Shown here: positions 49,993 through 60,866 of the stretch, piece after piece
Layout: each line of letters opens with the position of its first letter
Position numbering within the stretch: position 1 is the stretch's first letter
Origin: Spirochaetaceae bacterium
Lineage (GTDB): Bacteria; Spirochaetota; Spirochaetia; DSM-2461
Assembly (NCBI GenBank): GCA_051531975.1
Contig: JAOPTT010000008.1
Span: 73,263 to 137,262 of the forward strand
Direction: 5' to 3'
Length of the DNA: 64,000 nt
Notes under the pieces: generated by a model
What the model was told of the DNA's origin: nothing
What the model saw: only the letters and a program-made list of their open reading frames with translations
Databases searched by the model: none
Made by a program: the position numbers and the translations under genes

Positions 49993-51392
49993 TATATTTT
50001 TTCAAGATGGGAACCTTTAGCTGTATCTCTAACTACCCATCCATCCTCTAATAATTCATCTCGTATTTTGTCTGATAAAGCGTAATCTTTATCTAATCTT
50101 GCACTGTTTCTTTTTGCAAGCTTTTCTAATAATAAAGGGTCCGTACATACCACTTTATCCATAACTAAAAGGTCCAAAGACAGTATAGAATCCATCATGT
50201 CTATAACAGTTAGTTTATTAGATGATGAAATATTTTTATCCTTTAACAGATCCCATAAATCAGCTAAACATCTAGGGGTATTTAAATCCTCATTTATATG
50301 TGCTATAAAATTGTTTTTTATCTTATTAGAACCGGCACATATTTCTTTTATATTTTGTACAGAACCATCTTTTAATAAAACACTAATTCTATTTTTTATT
50401 CCTTTAAGTGCAGCCTTTCCAGCATCCAAAGCTTCCCATGAAAATGTTAACTGAGAACGATAATGTGCTCCCAATAAAAAATATCTATAATCAAGGGGTT
50501 TATACCCCTTATCTGTTAGTGTTTTAAGTGTTAAAAAACCATCTTTACTTTTTGACATTTTACCAGTTTTATTAACTAAAAACTCACCATGTAACCAGCG
50601 GTTAACCCATTTTTTTCCTGTATATGCTTCTGTTTGTGCTATTTCATTTGTATGATGGATATCAACATGGTCTATACCACCACAGTGTATATCAAATTGT
50701 TCTCCTAGATATTTAATACTCATAGCTGAACACTCTAAATGCCAACCAGGATAACCTTTACCCCATGGTGAGTTCCACTGCATAGCCTGATTTTCAAATT
50801 TACTATTTGTAAACCATAATACAAAATCACCAGGATTTTTTTTAGCACTATCTATACCTGTACTTGTTCCATAATTTAAGTCTTGATTTTCTAAACCTGC
50901 CATTAATCCATATTCAGAAAAGTTAGCTGTATTGAAATATACATTCCCATTACTAATATAGGTAAAACCTTTTTCTTCTAAACCTTTAACTAATTTTATC
51001 ATATCACCAATATGCTTTGTTGCACGGCAAATAGTATTTGGTTTTTGTATATTTAATAATTTTGAATCCTCAAAAAAAGCTTCTTCAAAGAATTTGGCAA
51101 TATCATATACATCCATACCTTTTTCTCTTGCAGCTTTGATCATTTTATCTTCACCATCATCACCGTCATCGGTTAAGTGCCCAACATCGGTAACATTCAT
51201 ACAATGATTTACATCTAAACCATTAAAGGCTAGTGTTTTTACTAAAATATCTTCAAAGAAATAAGTTCTTAGATTACCTATATGAGCAAAATTATATACA
51301 GTTGGGCCACAGCAATAGATAGAAACAGCACCTTCTTTTATTGGTAAAAACTTAGAGACCTCTCTTCCTGATGTGTTATAAAGTTTTATCAT
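49992..51392 (-). CDS. cysS: Cysteine--tRNA ligase
   Basis: YCCGPTVY..HIGN, G.PGWHLECS, DIHCGG.D, HHTNE, KMSKS. Confidence 0.97.
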   Translation of the reverse strand: MIKLYNTSGREVSKFLPIKEGAVSIYCCGPTVYNFAHIGNLRTYFFEDILVKTLAFNGLDVNHCMNVTDVGHLTDDGDDGEDKMIKAAREKGMDVYDIAKFFEEAFFEDSKLLNIQKPNTICRATKHIGDMIKLVKGLEEKGFTYISNGNVYFNTANFSEYGLMAGLENQDLNYGTSTGIDSAKKNPGDFVLWFTNSKFENQAMQWNSPWGKGYPGWHLECSAMSIKYLGEQFDIHCGGIDHVDIHHTNEIAQTEAYTGKKWVNRWLHGEFLVNKTGKMSKSKDGFLTLKTLTDKGYKPLDYRYFLLGAHYRSQLTFSWEALDAGKAALKGIKNRISVLLKDGSVQNIKEICAGSNKIKNNFIAHINEDLNTPRCLADLWDLLKDKNISSSNKLTVIDMMDSILSLDLLVMDKVVCTDPLLLEKLAKRNSARLDKDYALSDKIRDELLEDGWVVRDTAKGSHLEKI

Positions 51393-51444
51393 TTCTACAA
51401 CTCCTGCTGTTGCCTCAATATGGCGCTTGTTATACTATTATTAT

Positions 51445-52362
51445 GTGAATAGAATATTGGAAATTTTAAATAAAATCAACATTGAAGGAACTATCACTCA
51501 ACAAGTTGATATGAGTAAATATACTACATTTAAATGTGGTGGTTTAGCTCAATTTTTTATAGAGCCAGCTTTGGTCGATGATGTTATTAAAATAAAGAAA
51601 GCCGCATTAGAAAATGATTTTCCCCTTTTTATATTAGGAGGAGGTGCTAATTTATTGGTTTCAGATAATGGCATCGATGGAGTGACCTTATCATTAAATA
51701 CATTAAAAAAAATAGACCTAGTAGATAATATAATTATTGCTGAAGCAGGTGTATCAGTTAATAAATTATCAGAATATGCTGAAAAACACTCTCTAAGTGG
51801 ATTAGAATTTATATATGGAATGCCTGGTAGTCTAGGTGGTGCAACTTGGATGAATGCAAGATGTTATGGAGATGAAATATCTAATATCTTTTTATGGGCT
51901 GAGTATTTAGACCAAAATGGAAAACTAATACGTCAAGAGAAAGATAGTTCCCAGTGGGAGTATAAAATATCTCCATTTCAGAAACCCGGTATTACAATTA
52001 TTAGAGTTGCATTAAAATTAAAACATCAAGAAAGAGCATTAATAAAGCCAATTATGCTAAAAAATAGTGAAGATCGACGTAAAAAAGGTCACTTTAAGTA
52101 TCCATGTGCCGGTTCAGTATTTAAAAACAATAGAGACTTTGGTGCACCTAGTGGTAAAATAATCGAAGATTGTGGACTCAAAGGCTGTGTTAAAGGTAAT
52201 GCTGCAATTTCTGATTTCCATGCAAATATAATTGTTAATTTAGGTGGTGCATCCTCTAACGATATAAACTTTTTAATTGAAAAAATAATTAAAACAGTTA
52301 AAGAAAAAAAAGGTTTTATTTTAGAACCAGAAGTACTAAAAGTTGGAAATTGGGAGAATTAA
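51445..52362 (+). CDS. murB: UDP-N-acetylenolpyruvoylglucosamine reductase
   Basis: TTFKCGG.A, LGGGANLL, MPGSLGGA..MNA, AGSVFKN, HAN, LEPEV; start set at GTG 51445. Confidence 0.95.
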   Translation: MNRILEILNKINIEGTITQQVDMSKYTTFKCGGLAQFFIEPALVDDVIKIKKAALENDFPLFILGGGANLLVSDNGIDGVTLSLNTLKKIDLVDNIIIAEAGVSVNKLSEYAEKHSLSGLEFIYGMPGSLGGATWMNARCYGDEISNIFLWAEYLDQNGKLIRQEKDSSQWEYKISPFQKPGITIIRVALKLKHQERALIKPIMLKNSEDRRKKGHFKYPCAGSVFKNNRDFGAPSGKIIEDCGLKGCVKGNAAISDFHANIIVNLGGASSNDINFLIEKIIKTVKEKKGFILEPEVLKVGNWEN

Positions 52363-53706
52363 ATGCATATATCTATAAAAAACATTAAAGAGTATCTGGA
52401 TATATTTGATGAAAATGGTCTAAATAATGCAATAAAAGAGTTAACACTTTCAGAAATACTGGATCAATGGGATGAATTCTCCAAAGAAGAGATGATGAGA
52501 CTTTTTACCCATGTTGACCAAGACTTTAAAGCAGCTTTAATATCTGAAATACCTACCCAAGATCAAGAAATAATAATACAGGAACTTTCAACTGCAGCAA
52601 TAAATAACATTCTATCTAGTATGGAACCTGATGACTTAGTAGACCTTATTCAACAAGTATCCCCTACAGTTAGACAATCAGTCTGGAATTCTTTACCAGA
52701 CGAAATAAAAGAAGAAACTGAGTTTTTATTAAGGTTTGATGAAGATGATGCTGCTGGGTTAATGACACCAAGATATGCAGCAATTAGAAATAATATTTCA
52801 GTTGCACAAGCAATAACATTTATTCGTAAAAATGTAGAACAAGTTGAAACTATCTATTATCTATATGTTGTTGATGATTTAAAGAAATTAACAGGTGTAG
52901 TTTCGTTAAAACAGATATTAACAGCTGATGATAGTGTTCATATTAATTCAATTATGGAAAAACAAGTTCTATCAGTAAGAGAAGAAACAGATCAGGAATT
53001 AGTAGTTAAAATAATGGAAGATCACGATCTTTTAGCTCTACCAGTTATAGATAGGTATAATAAACTTTTAGGAATTATTACAATTGATGATGCAATTGAT
53101 GTAATTCGAGAAGAGCAAACTGAGGATGTTTATAAAATGGGTGCGATGAGTGGAGATACTGATAGCTACCTAGAATCTAGTGTTTTTAAATTAATATGGA
53201 AAAGGATCCCTTGGCTTATAATATTATTAATTGCTGGAACTGCATCTACAAATGTAATTGCCGCATATTCAGATGTTACAGCATTCGCATTTGTTATACT
53301 GTTTATGTCAGTGATAACTCAAACTGGGGGTAATTGTGGAACACAATCATCAACACTGATGATAAGAGGTATAGCAACTGGAGAAATACATTTTAGAGAT
53401 TTTTTTACAATCATACGTAAGGAATTAGTAGTTGGAACTTTAATTGGTATAATTACAGGTATTATTATAGTTTTAAGAAGTTATTTTCTCCCACCTGCAG
53501 GTGTAACTATCGAACAAGCTTTAACAATTGGATTATCACTTAATCTAGTTGTAATATTTGCAACAATTTTAGGTGCAATAGTTCCTTTAACTATAAATAA
53601 ACTAGGACTTGATCCTACAGTTGCTGCAGGACCATTAATGTCTACAATTATAGATGTATGTGGATATGCCATATATTTTTCAACAATTAGATTTATACTT
53701 TTTTAA
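52363..53706 (+). CDS. mgtE: Magnesium transporter MgtE
   Basis: AGLMT, CBS pair, KRIPWL, GGNCGTQ, DP..AGP..T..D. Confidence 0.94.
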   Translation: MHISIKNIKEYLDIFDENGLNNAIKELTLSEILDQWDEFSKEEMMRLFTHVDQDFKAALISEIPTQDQEIIIQELSTAAINNILSSMEPDDLVDLIQQVSPTVRQSVWNSLPDEIKEETEFLLRFDEDDAAGLMTPRYAAIRNNISVAQAITFIRKNVEQVETIYYLYVVDDLKKLTGVVSLKQILTADDSVHINSIMEKQVLSVREETDQELVVKIMEDHDLLALPVIDRYNKLLGIITIDDAIDVIREEQTEDVYKMGAMSGDTDSYLESSVFKLIWKRIPWLIILLIAGTASTNVIAAYSDVTAFAFVILFMSVITQTGGNCGTQSSTLMIRGIATGEIHFRDFFTIIRKELVVGTLIGIITGIIIVLRSYFLPPAGVTIEQALTIGLSLNLVVIFATILGAIVPLTINKLGLDPTVAAGPLMSTIIDVCGYAIYFSTIRFILF

Positions 53707-54590
53707 AAGTTTATGCTTGCCATAATTCCAGTATATTGTGCATTAGTAATATCAGTGGCATAGATCCAGCCTAAATCTAAAAAGCCTAAAGTAACCCCAG
53801 CTTTAAATTCCAAACTATAATTATCAATAAAATCGCCATCAAAATTATATAAACTACCTGAGCCACCTATCCATAAATTATTTAAGATACTTTTATTCCC
53901 TAATATTGTAAGAAAATATATTTCTGTATCAAAACCAAGAAATGGTACAACTTCATTGTCATTTTCTATAAAGTTTCTAGCTCCAATATTAATATCAAAA
54001 TATCCACCATTTATTCCAAGATTTTTAAAAAGATTATACCTCGCACCGATAGAAAGATTAAAAAAATAGTTATCAATATCAAAGATATCACTTGCTGCAG
54101 ATATATCTAAATCAATTGAGGTTATATCTAATCCCAGATCATATGAAGTAAGCTTTAATTCAATTACAGGTAGTCCAAGATTAACTTTTAAACCACTTTC
54201 AAGTATTAACTTCTCATTATCATCCTTACCAATAATTGTTGTTAAGGATATAAAGTCCAAATCATCTTTTACATTAATTTCTTCATCTGTTACATTTGGT
54301 AAAATTTCAGAATCAATTGTTTCACTAGAATTGTTATTTTCTAAATCAGATGTTTTAGATTCTTCATTATCTATAGAAATAACATCTTCTATAGTTTTTT
54401 TATACATTAAAGCAGTACTATTATCAGGTTCCATCACAAGAACTTCATCAATGATAATTAAAGCTTCTTGATAATTTTTTTTTGAGAATTCGTCTATAGA
54501 CTGATCTAACATATTATCTGTATTATCACTAGAAAATAGAAAGACGGACAGTTTTAATGTAATTAATATTAAAAATAAATACTTTCTCAT
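53703..54590 (-). CDS. Exported protein with one TPR and probable C-terminal outer-membrane beta-barrel
   Basis: Signal peptide, TPR-like helix pair, amphipathic strands, terminal aromatic ...YTGIMASINF. Confidence 0.6.
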   Translation of the reverse strand: MRKYLFLILITLKLSVFLFSSDNTDNMLDQSIDEFSKKNYQEALIIIDEVLVMEPDNSTALMYKKTIEDVISIDNEESKTSDLENNNSSETIDSEILPNVTDEEINVKDDLDFISLTTIIGKDDNEKLILESGLKVNLGLPVIELKLTSYDLGLDITSIDLDISAASDIFDIDNYFFNLSIGARYNLFKNLGINGGYFDINIGARNFIENDNEVVPFLGFDTEIYFLTILGNKSILNNLWIGGSGSLYNFDGDFIDNYSLEFKAGVTLGFLDLGWIYATDITNAQYTGIMASINF

Positions 54591-54596
54591 ACTATA

Positions 54597-55343
54597 TTAT
54601 ACCTCATTTATCATATTTATTGGATTAAAACTATTAAAATCTTCAAATAATTCTTTCCAATTTCCTTTATAAGTAGCTTCTTTTAAAGACTTATTCAATA
54701 AATTATAGAATTCTGATCTCTTAACTGTTTTTGCACCTAGGCTTTTTAGATGTTCAGTTTCTTGCTGACAATCTATAAACTTAATTCCTTTTTGTTCTAA
54801 AAACAGTGCAAGAGTTATAAATCCATATTTAGAACTATTAGATTCTAAGGCAAACATACTCTCTCCTGCAAAAAAACTTCCAATAGAAATTCCGTATAAA
54901 CCACCAACTAGTTTGTTTTCTGTGTTCCAAACTTCCACAGAATGAGCATATCCTTCTGAATGTAAGTTAGTATAGGCATCGAGAATATCATCAGAAATCC
55001 ATGTGCCATCCTCATGACTTCTAGAAATATGTTTACAACCTAATACTACATCTCTAAATGCATTATCTAAAGTTACTCTATATACTCTCTTTTTAAACAA
55101 TTTTTTCATTGATTTTGTTACATTTATTTCTGATGGTTTCAAAATGAGTCTTGGATTAAGTGACCACCATAATATAGGTTCTTCTTCATACCAAGGAAAT
55201 AATCCCTGATAATATGCAGAAAATAGCATACCAGGGGATAAATTCCCTCCCACACCAACAATATCTTCATCTTCAGGCATTTCTAACGGATCAGGGAATG
55301 TATAAAAATCATTTATTTCCAGATATGGGAAATCATCTGACAC
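54597..55343 (-). CDS. aat: Leucyl/phenylalanyl-tRNA--protein transferase
   Basis: GGNLSP..L..AY..G.FPW, WWS..PR, GTWI, AHSVEVW, GESMF, DCQ..T.HL.SLGA; start set at GTG 55343. Confidence 0.93.
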   Translation of the reverse strand: MSDDFPYLEINDFYTFPDPLEMPEDEDIVGVGGNLSPGMLFSAYYQGLFPWYEEEPILWWSLNPRLILKPSEINVTKSMKKLFKKRVYRVTLDNAFRDVVLGCKHISRSHEDGTWISDDILDAYTNLHSEGYAHSVEVWNTENKLVGGLYGISIGSFFAGESMFALESNSSKYGFITLALFLEQKGIKFIDCQQETEHLKSLGAKTVKRSEFYNLLNKSLKEATYKGNWKELFEDFNSFNPINMINEV

Positions 55344-57573
55344 AGTTTTTAACCTTGACAGTAATAACACCTTTTTTAACTAATACAGAAACAGTTCCAC
55401 CATTAACTAATTCACCAAATAATATCTCATCAATAAATTTTGACTTTATTTCTTGGTCGATAGTTCTTGAAATATTTCGTGCTCCAAATTCCTCGGAATA
55501 CCCATTTTTGGCTAATAAGGCTACAGCATCTTTAGTAACTTTTAAAGAGACATTTTTTTTAGACAACATTGTTTTTAGTATTGCTAATTCTTTATCAACA
55601 ATTGATTCAATTATATCTTGAGGTAGTTTATTAAATGTCACAATCTTATCTAACCTATTTCTAAACTCTGGAGAAAAAGCTTTTTCTACGGCTTTAATAA
55701 TTGTATTTTCAGATGAACTATTTTCACCAAAACCAATAGACTTTTTATTAATATCTTTAGCACCTGCATTACTTGTCATAATGATAATAACATTTCTAAA
55801 GTCTGCTTTTCTTCCTAAATTATCTGTAATTGTTGCATAATCCATTATCTGAAGTAGAAGATTATAAATATCTGAATGTGCTTTCTCTATTTCATCTAAT
55901 AAAAGCACACAATATGGCTGTTTTTTTATGCTATCAACAAGTTGACCACCCTCTTCGTATCCAGTGTAACCTGGAGGTGCACCAATTAAACGGGCAACAG
56001 TATGTTTTTCCTGATACTCACTCATATCATAACGTATTAGTGGTATTGAAAGTTCATCCGATAATTGTTTTGCAAGTTCTGTCTTACCAACACCAGTACT
56101 TCCTGCGAACAATAAAGAAGCTACAGGTTTATTTAAATCTCTAAAACCTGCTCTGGATCTTTTAACAGATTCGACAACTAACTCAACTGCATTGTCTTGA
56201 CCATATAACTTCTTTTTTATTTTATTAGCTAACTCTTTTAACATACCATTTTCAGAAGATGAGATCGTTTTATTTGGTATACCGACAATAGATGTTAGAA
56301 CATCTTCGATATGAGCTTTTGTAATTGTTTGTGTCTCTCCAGAACCACTGATTCTAGACCTTGCACCAGCCTCATCGATTATATCAATAGCTTTATCTGG
56401 TAATCTTCTATCGTTAATATAACGATTAGAAAGTTCAACACTGCTTATTATAGCTTCATTTGTGTATTTAACATTATGATGTGACTCATAAAGTGCTACA
56501 ATGCCTTCTACTATTTTTATAGTATCGGAGACACTTGGTTCTGGGACATCAATTTTTTGAAATCGTCTAGTAAAAGCGTGTGCCTTTTCAAAATGTTTCT
56601 TGTATTCATCTAGTGTAGTTGAACCAATACACTTTAATTTACCAGTAGTTAACGATGGTTTTAAAAGATTAGATGCATCAAAAGAACCACCAGAAACAGC
56701 TCCGGCCCCAATTATATTATGAATCTCATCAATAAAAAGAATTGTATTCCCTCTTATCTCAAGTTCTTTAATTACAGCTTTCAAACGTTCTTCAAAATCA
56801 CCTCTATACTTAGATCCTGCCAATAGCGAACCTAAATCTAAAGAAAATACTTCATGATTTAATAATCCTGCTGGAACCTCACCATTGACAATTTTGATTG
56901 CAAGACCTTCAGTTAATATAGTTTTACCTACTCCAGGGTCTCCAACATGGATGGGATTATTTTTATTTCGTCGTAAAAGAATCTGAACTGTTCGTTCTAT
57001 AATTGATTCTCGACCTATTAACTTATCTAATTCTCCATTTCTCGCCTTTTGTGTAAGGTTAACTGTATAGCTGTCTAAAGCACTAACACCAGGATTACCT
57101 TTTTTATCACTTTGAGCCGGTATTTCATTTTCGTCTTTTTTTACAAATTTATACTTTCCATGGGATACAACAGATAATAGTGTTAATTTTTCAATTCCTA
57201 CTTTTTTCATATAGTATGCACCATATGACTCTTTTTCTTTAAAAAGAGATACTAATAGATCACCCTCATCTACTACATCTTTACCAGTAGATTCTAAGTG
57301 TAACATTGTTCTTTCTATAACATTTTGTAGTCCAACCGATTCAGATGGATCACCACCAGAATCTAATATAGGCATATACTTTTCAAAGTACTCTTCTAGA
57401 TCTTTTTTTATAAGTTCTGGGTCTCCACCACACTCTCTAATAATTGAAGTAGTCCCCTCAAAAAAAAGTGATGAATATAGTATATGCTCAGGAGTAAAGA
57501 ACTCATGTTTTTTTATTCTAGCATCATGATAAGCTGCATTTATTATATTTTGAACTTCTTCGTTTACTTTCAT
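55333..57573 (-). CDS. clpA: ATP-dependent Clp protease ATP-binding subunit ClpA
   Basis: Two AAA modules ([16 protein letters not shown]), DMSEYQE, no ClpB/C middle domain; between clpS and aat. Confidence 0.93.
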   Translation of the reverse strand: MKVNEEVQNIINAAYHDARIKKHEFFTPEHILYSSLFFEGTTSIIRECGGDPELIKKDLEEYFEKYMPILDSGGDPSESVGLQNVIERTMLHLESTGKDVVDEGDLLVSLFKEKESYGAYYMKKVGIEKLTLLSVVSHGKYKFVKKDENEIPAQSDKKGNPGVSALDSYTVNLTQKARNGELDKLIGRESIIERTVQILLRRNKNNPIHVGDPGVGKTILTEGLAIKIVNGEVPAGLLNHEVFSLDLGSLLAGSKYRGDFEERLKAVIKELEIRGNTILFIDEIHNIIGAGAVSGGSFDASNLLKPSLTTGKLKCIGSTTLDEYKKHFEKAHAFTRRFQKIDVPEPSVSDTIKIVEGIVALYESHHNVKYTNEAIISSVELSNRYINDRRLPDKAIDIIDEAGARSRISGSGETQTITKAHIEDVLTSIVGIPNKTISSSENGMLKELANKIKKKLYGQDNAVELVVESVKRSRAGFRDLNKPVASLLFAGSTGVGKTELAKQLSDELSIPLIRYDMSEYQEKHTVARLIGAPPGYTGYEEGGQLVDSIKKQPYCVLLLDEIEKAHSDIYNLLLQIMDYATITDNLGRKADFRNVIIIMTSNAGAKDINKKSIGFGENSSSENTIIKAVEKAFSPEFRNRLDKIVTFNKLPQDIIESIVDKELAILKTMLSKKNVSLKVTKDAVALLAKNGYSEEFGARNISRTIDQEIKSKFIDEILFGELVNGGTVSVLVKKGVITVKVKNCVR

Positions 57574-57575
57574 AA

Positions 57576-57881
57576 TTATACCTTCTCAAGAGTACATAGT
57601 AGAGGATAACTTTCCTCTTCCGCACGTCTTTTAACCTCTTGTATTTTAGTCATACCTATATCATATGGGTAAACACCTGCAATACCAGCACCTTTTTGGT
57701 GTACTGCCATCATTATTTTAGATGCTTCCACACTACTTTTTCTAAAAATTGAAACCAGAACATCCACAACAAAATCCATAGATGTATAATCGTCATTATG
57801 TAATAATACATTAAAAAGACCTGGTTCTTCTATTTCTGTACTCGCATCACTTTTATTTGATATAGATGTCTTGTCACCCAT
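57576..57881 (-). CDS. clpS: Clp protease adaptor ClpS
   Basis: VLLHNDDYTSMDFVV, MMAVH..G, YPL; start set at ATG 57881 (GGAG SD). Confidence 0.95.
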   Translation of the reverse strand: MGDKTSISNKSDASTEIEEPGLFNVLLHNDDYTSMDFVVDVLVSIFRKSSVEASKIMMAVHQKGAGIAGVYPYDIGMTKIQEVKRRAEEESYPLLCTLEKV

Positions 57882-58158
57882 TATTTCTCCTTTTCCAAAA
57901 TCGAACTTTTTGAACATAACCACAACTACTTGGTAGATAAGGATTAAAAAGAGCCTGATATAGATTAATTTTACTACAGTCTGAATTTATTTTAAACCGA
58001 TCATTATAAATAGTACAATGATTAGAACATTGTTCTAGATATTTACATGGACTTTCCATATCAATAAATATTATATCTTCATTAAACTTTTTTTCGTAAC
58101 AACATAAACCACAATTATGGCAGAGACTTTCCCACCATTTATTTATTTTATAAACCAA
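57874..58158 (-). CDS. YkgJ/YcgN-like CxxCxxCC cysteine-cluster protein
   Basis: WESLCHNCGLCC, CKYL, CTIYNDR, LPSSCGY. Confidence 0.8.
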   Translation of the reverse strand: MVYKINKWWESLCHNCGLCCYEKKFNEDIIFIDMESPCKYLEQCSNHCTIYNDRFKINSDCSKINLYQALFNPYLPSSCGYVQKVRFWKRRNNG

Positions 58159-58164
58159 GAGAAA

Positions 58165-60141
58165 CTACTCCACAACCTTAACAGGTACAAAAAAACCAGA
58201 TTCAGTTCTTCCACTTTTCCTAATATAATTAACTTCAACTTCTACTGAAGTATATATTTCACCATTATCAATATTTCTTAGAGATTCATAATCGAGCACA
58301 TAAAAACCTGATTTTTTTTCTCTTAGACCTTCAACTATTCCTTTTGATCCAATTCCTGAAAATAGATTCCTTGATGTCCCATTAGTTTCATTCACTAAGT
58401 ATTCTAACTCTTCATTTTTAGTTGAACCAACATAAACGACTGTTAAAGACATCCGATTATTAACTAAGAAATCTCTAATTTCATCAAGAGTATATTTAAC
58501 AAAATCACTATCTTTTGATTCACCACTTGTAAATAGAACAATCTCTCTTTTATTCCAAGACGGAATTAATGAGGACGCTGCTAGTTTTATTGAAAGGTCA
58601 ATTCCATCTCTAACAACAAAATCACTAGGTTTAAATTTGGAAACATCTTTGATAATACTCTGCTTTGAACTAACAACAACTTCAGGTATTATCCCAGCTT
58701 TTATGAGTGTAATATTATCGCTACCATGAATCTCATTCTCTATGGATTTAGAAAGATCATAAAAGTTTTCAAAGTAGGAACTCATAGAAATATCAAAGTC
58801 TAAAATCAAACCAAGATTAACTGAATCATCCTGACTTCCTCTATAAACAATATTTCTTTTTCCTACAATTTTGCTACTCTCTGTTATCAAAAAGTTACTA
58901 TTATCAAGTCCAATGAGTGGTTCACCTAATCGATTATACACTTGGATTTCAATCTGCATCTTTGGAAAGTTTTTACTTGATATACGATCAATAACCATAT
59001 ATAAACCACCATAAAGTGATGATAGATCTGCTAATGCATAATATTCACTTCTATTAAAATCAATAGCTAAAGTATTACCATTAATATCCACAACACCTTT
59101 AGTAATTCTACTAGCTTTACCTTGAAGATCGGTTACTATATGAATTTCTTGGGTATCAATGTGATACTCTTTTAATGTTGTCCCATCTGCGATTAAAAAA
59201 ACATTAGAGTTTTTATAACTTAAACCTTCAGGTCCAACTAAATTTTCATCAATTATTGTATCTATATAATTTCCACTACTATCAAAGATCAGTACTGTTT
59301 TATTTAATTGATCTGCAACATAAACAGTATCATCAATGGCTAATATTCCAGAAGGACCTTTTAATTTTTCATGGGAAAATGAGAGTATAAACTCACCATC
59401 CATATCAAATTTACATACTCTTCTATTTCCCCAATCTGAAACATAAAAATATCCACTATTATCTTTACTTAAATATCCTGGACCAGATAGAGGGCTATTT
59501 TCAGGATTAATAGATTTTATTTTAACACCTAAGTCATCAATAAAAGTAATTTTATCACCCATAAACTCAGAGACAATATAACCATCTTTTCCATTCTCAA
59601 TTATATCATAAGGTCGGTTAAAAGGTTCAAAACCACCATTAAAAACATTTATAACAGCACCATTACTATTTAATTCTGTAAGCTTATTCTCCATAAATGA
59701 TACTACTATCGTTGAACCATCATTTTTAGTTAATATAGACGAGGGTCGATTTATATTTTCTATATATAAAGGAACCCACTCTTTAGATTGATATAGGGTA
59801 TTTACAACTCCCCGGCCTGCAGAGATAATATCCATAGAATTTTGTAACCATAAAGGTGTAGTATCGATTTCTGAGAGAATGGCCCACTCTTTAAGTGCAG
59901 CTTCTACATCACCCTTCATATAATATGCTCGACCTAACCACAAATGTGTTCTTGAATCTAAAGAATCATAAGATAGTGATCTTTCAAAAGAAAATACAGA
60001 CTTTTCATATAAACCTTGGTTATAAAATCTTACACCCCATTTAAATTCTTCTTTTGCATTAACTCTATTTAATTCAACATCTTGGGAAAATATCATAACT
60101 TTAATTAGGAGAAGTAAAATTATTATTCCAGCTTTTTTCAC
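58165..60141 (-). CDS. Exported TPR + NHL beta-propeller + VWA-like protein
   Basis: Signal peptide, TPRs, repeated P..I...YV.D..N.RV, C-terminal Rossmann-like strands. Confidence 0.75.
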   Translation of the reverse strand: MKKAGIIILLLLIKVMIFSQDVELNRVNAKEEFKWGVRFYNQGLYEKSVFSFERSLSYDSLDSRTHLWLGRAYYMKGDVEAALKEWAILSEIDTTPLWLQNSMDIISAGRGVVNTLYQSKEWVPLYIENINRPSSILTKNDGSTIVVSFMENKLTELNSNGAVINVFNGGFEPFNRPYDIIENGKDGYIVSEFMGDKITFIDDLGVKIKSINPENSPLSGPGYLSKDNSGYFYVSDWGNRRVCKFDMDGEFILSFSHEKLKGPSGILAIDDTVYVADQLNKTVLIFDSSGNYIDTIIDENLVGPEGLSYKNSNVFLIADGTTLKEYHIDTQEIHIVTDLQGKASRITKGVVDINGNTLAIDFNRSEYYALADLSSLYGGLYMVIDRISSKNFPKMQIEIQVYNRLGEPLIGLDNSNFLITESSKIVGKRNIVYRGSQDDSVNLGLILDFDISMSSYFENFYDLSKSIENEIHGSDNITLIKAGIIPEVVVSSKQSIIKDVSKFKPSDFVVRDGIDLSIKLAASSLIPSWNKREIVLFTSGESKDSDFVKYTLDEIRDFLVNNRMSLTVVYVGSTKNEELEYLVNETNGTSRNLFSGIGSKGIVEGLREKKSGFYVLDYESLRNIDNGEIYTSVEVEVNYIRKSGRTESGFFVPVKVVE

Positions 60142-60815
60142 TGTTTATTCCTCTGTGTATTTAATTGGTTTACATGGGATTCAATAACTTTATCATCTGG
60201 AGATAATTTAAAAGCCCTATTTAATAAAGATTCAGAAGCAGTTATATTATTATTCTTGTAACAAACCCAGCCTAATGAATCTAAATATGCAGGATTATCA
60301 ACATCAACTGAAAGTGCTCTTCGACACAAGGATTCTGCTTCTTTAAGTTCATCTTTAAAATCAGCAAGTATAAAACCTAAGGCATTTAAAGCATTAGAAT
60401 TTTCAGGATCTATAAAAATAGCTTTTTTATAATACATTATACTTTTAGATATCATATTTTTTTTGTAACAAGTAAATCCAACTAAGGAGTATAATTTTGC
60501 TGACTCATACCCAGAATCAAGTAATTTATCTAAGTGTAATTGAGCATCTTTATAGTCTTCTATTTGTATTGAAGAAAATGCTAGGAGCATACGACCTTGA
60601 AATATCCGTAAAAGATTATCATCTAACTCTATATATAGCTCTAAGTTCTCTTTCCCACTATCAAAATCCCCTAGTTTTATGTAACAAAGGCCAAGATAAT
60701 AATAAACGATGAAATCTTCTTCTGTATAATCACTCATTAGTAGAGTAGAAATTGCTTGAGAATATTGACCTTGATTGTATTCTTGAATTGCTTTATTTAA
60801 TAGCTCTTTTAACAT
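60138..60815 (-). CDS. Tetratricopeptide repeat protein
   Basis: YYYLGLCY, ALNALGF, YLDSLGWV TPR motifs. Confidence 0.85.
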   Translation of the reverse strand: MLKELLNKAIQEYNQGQYSQAISTLLMSDYTEEDFIVYYYLGLCYIKLGDFDSGKENLELYIELDDNLLRIFQGRMLLAFSSIQIEDYKDAQLHLDKLLDSGYESAKLYSLVGFTCYKKNMISKSIMYYKKAIFIDPENSNALNALGFILADFKDELKEAESLCRRALSVDVDNPAYLDSLGWVCYKNNNITASESLLNRAFKLSPDDKVIESHVNQLNTQRNKQ

Positions 60816-60866
60816 GTACTATCATTATATCAATGCTTTAAAAATAAGTATAGTAAGTAATAATTA

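Noticed and set aside
10838..51392. T-box leaders before aminoacyl-tRNA synthetase genes
   Set aside because: Upstream gaps are too short (0-70 nt) and no T-box motif was seen
621..60712. Many short track ORFs (e.g. 621-941, 2317-2574, 5563-5856, 26984-27337, 31571-31978, 42032-42286, 55214-55621)
   Set aside because: They lie antisense or out of frame within well-supported genes and show no family motifs
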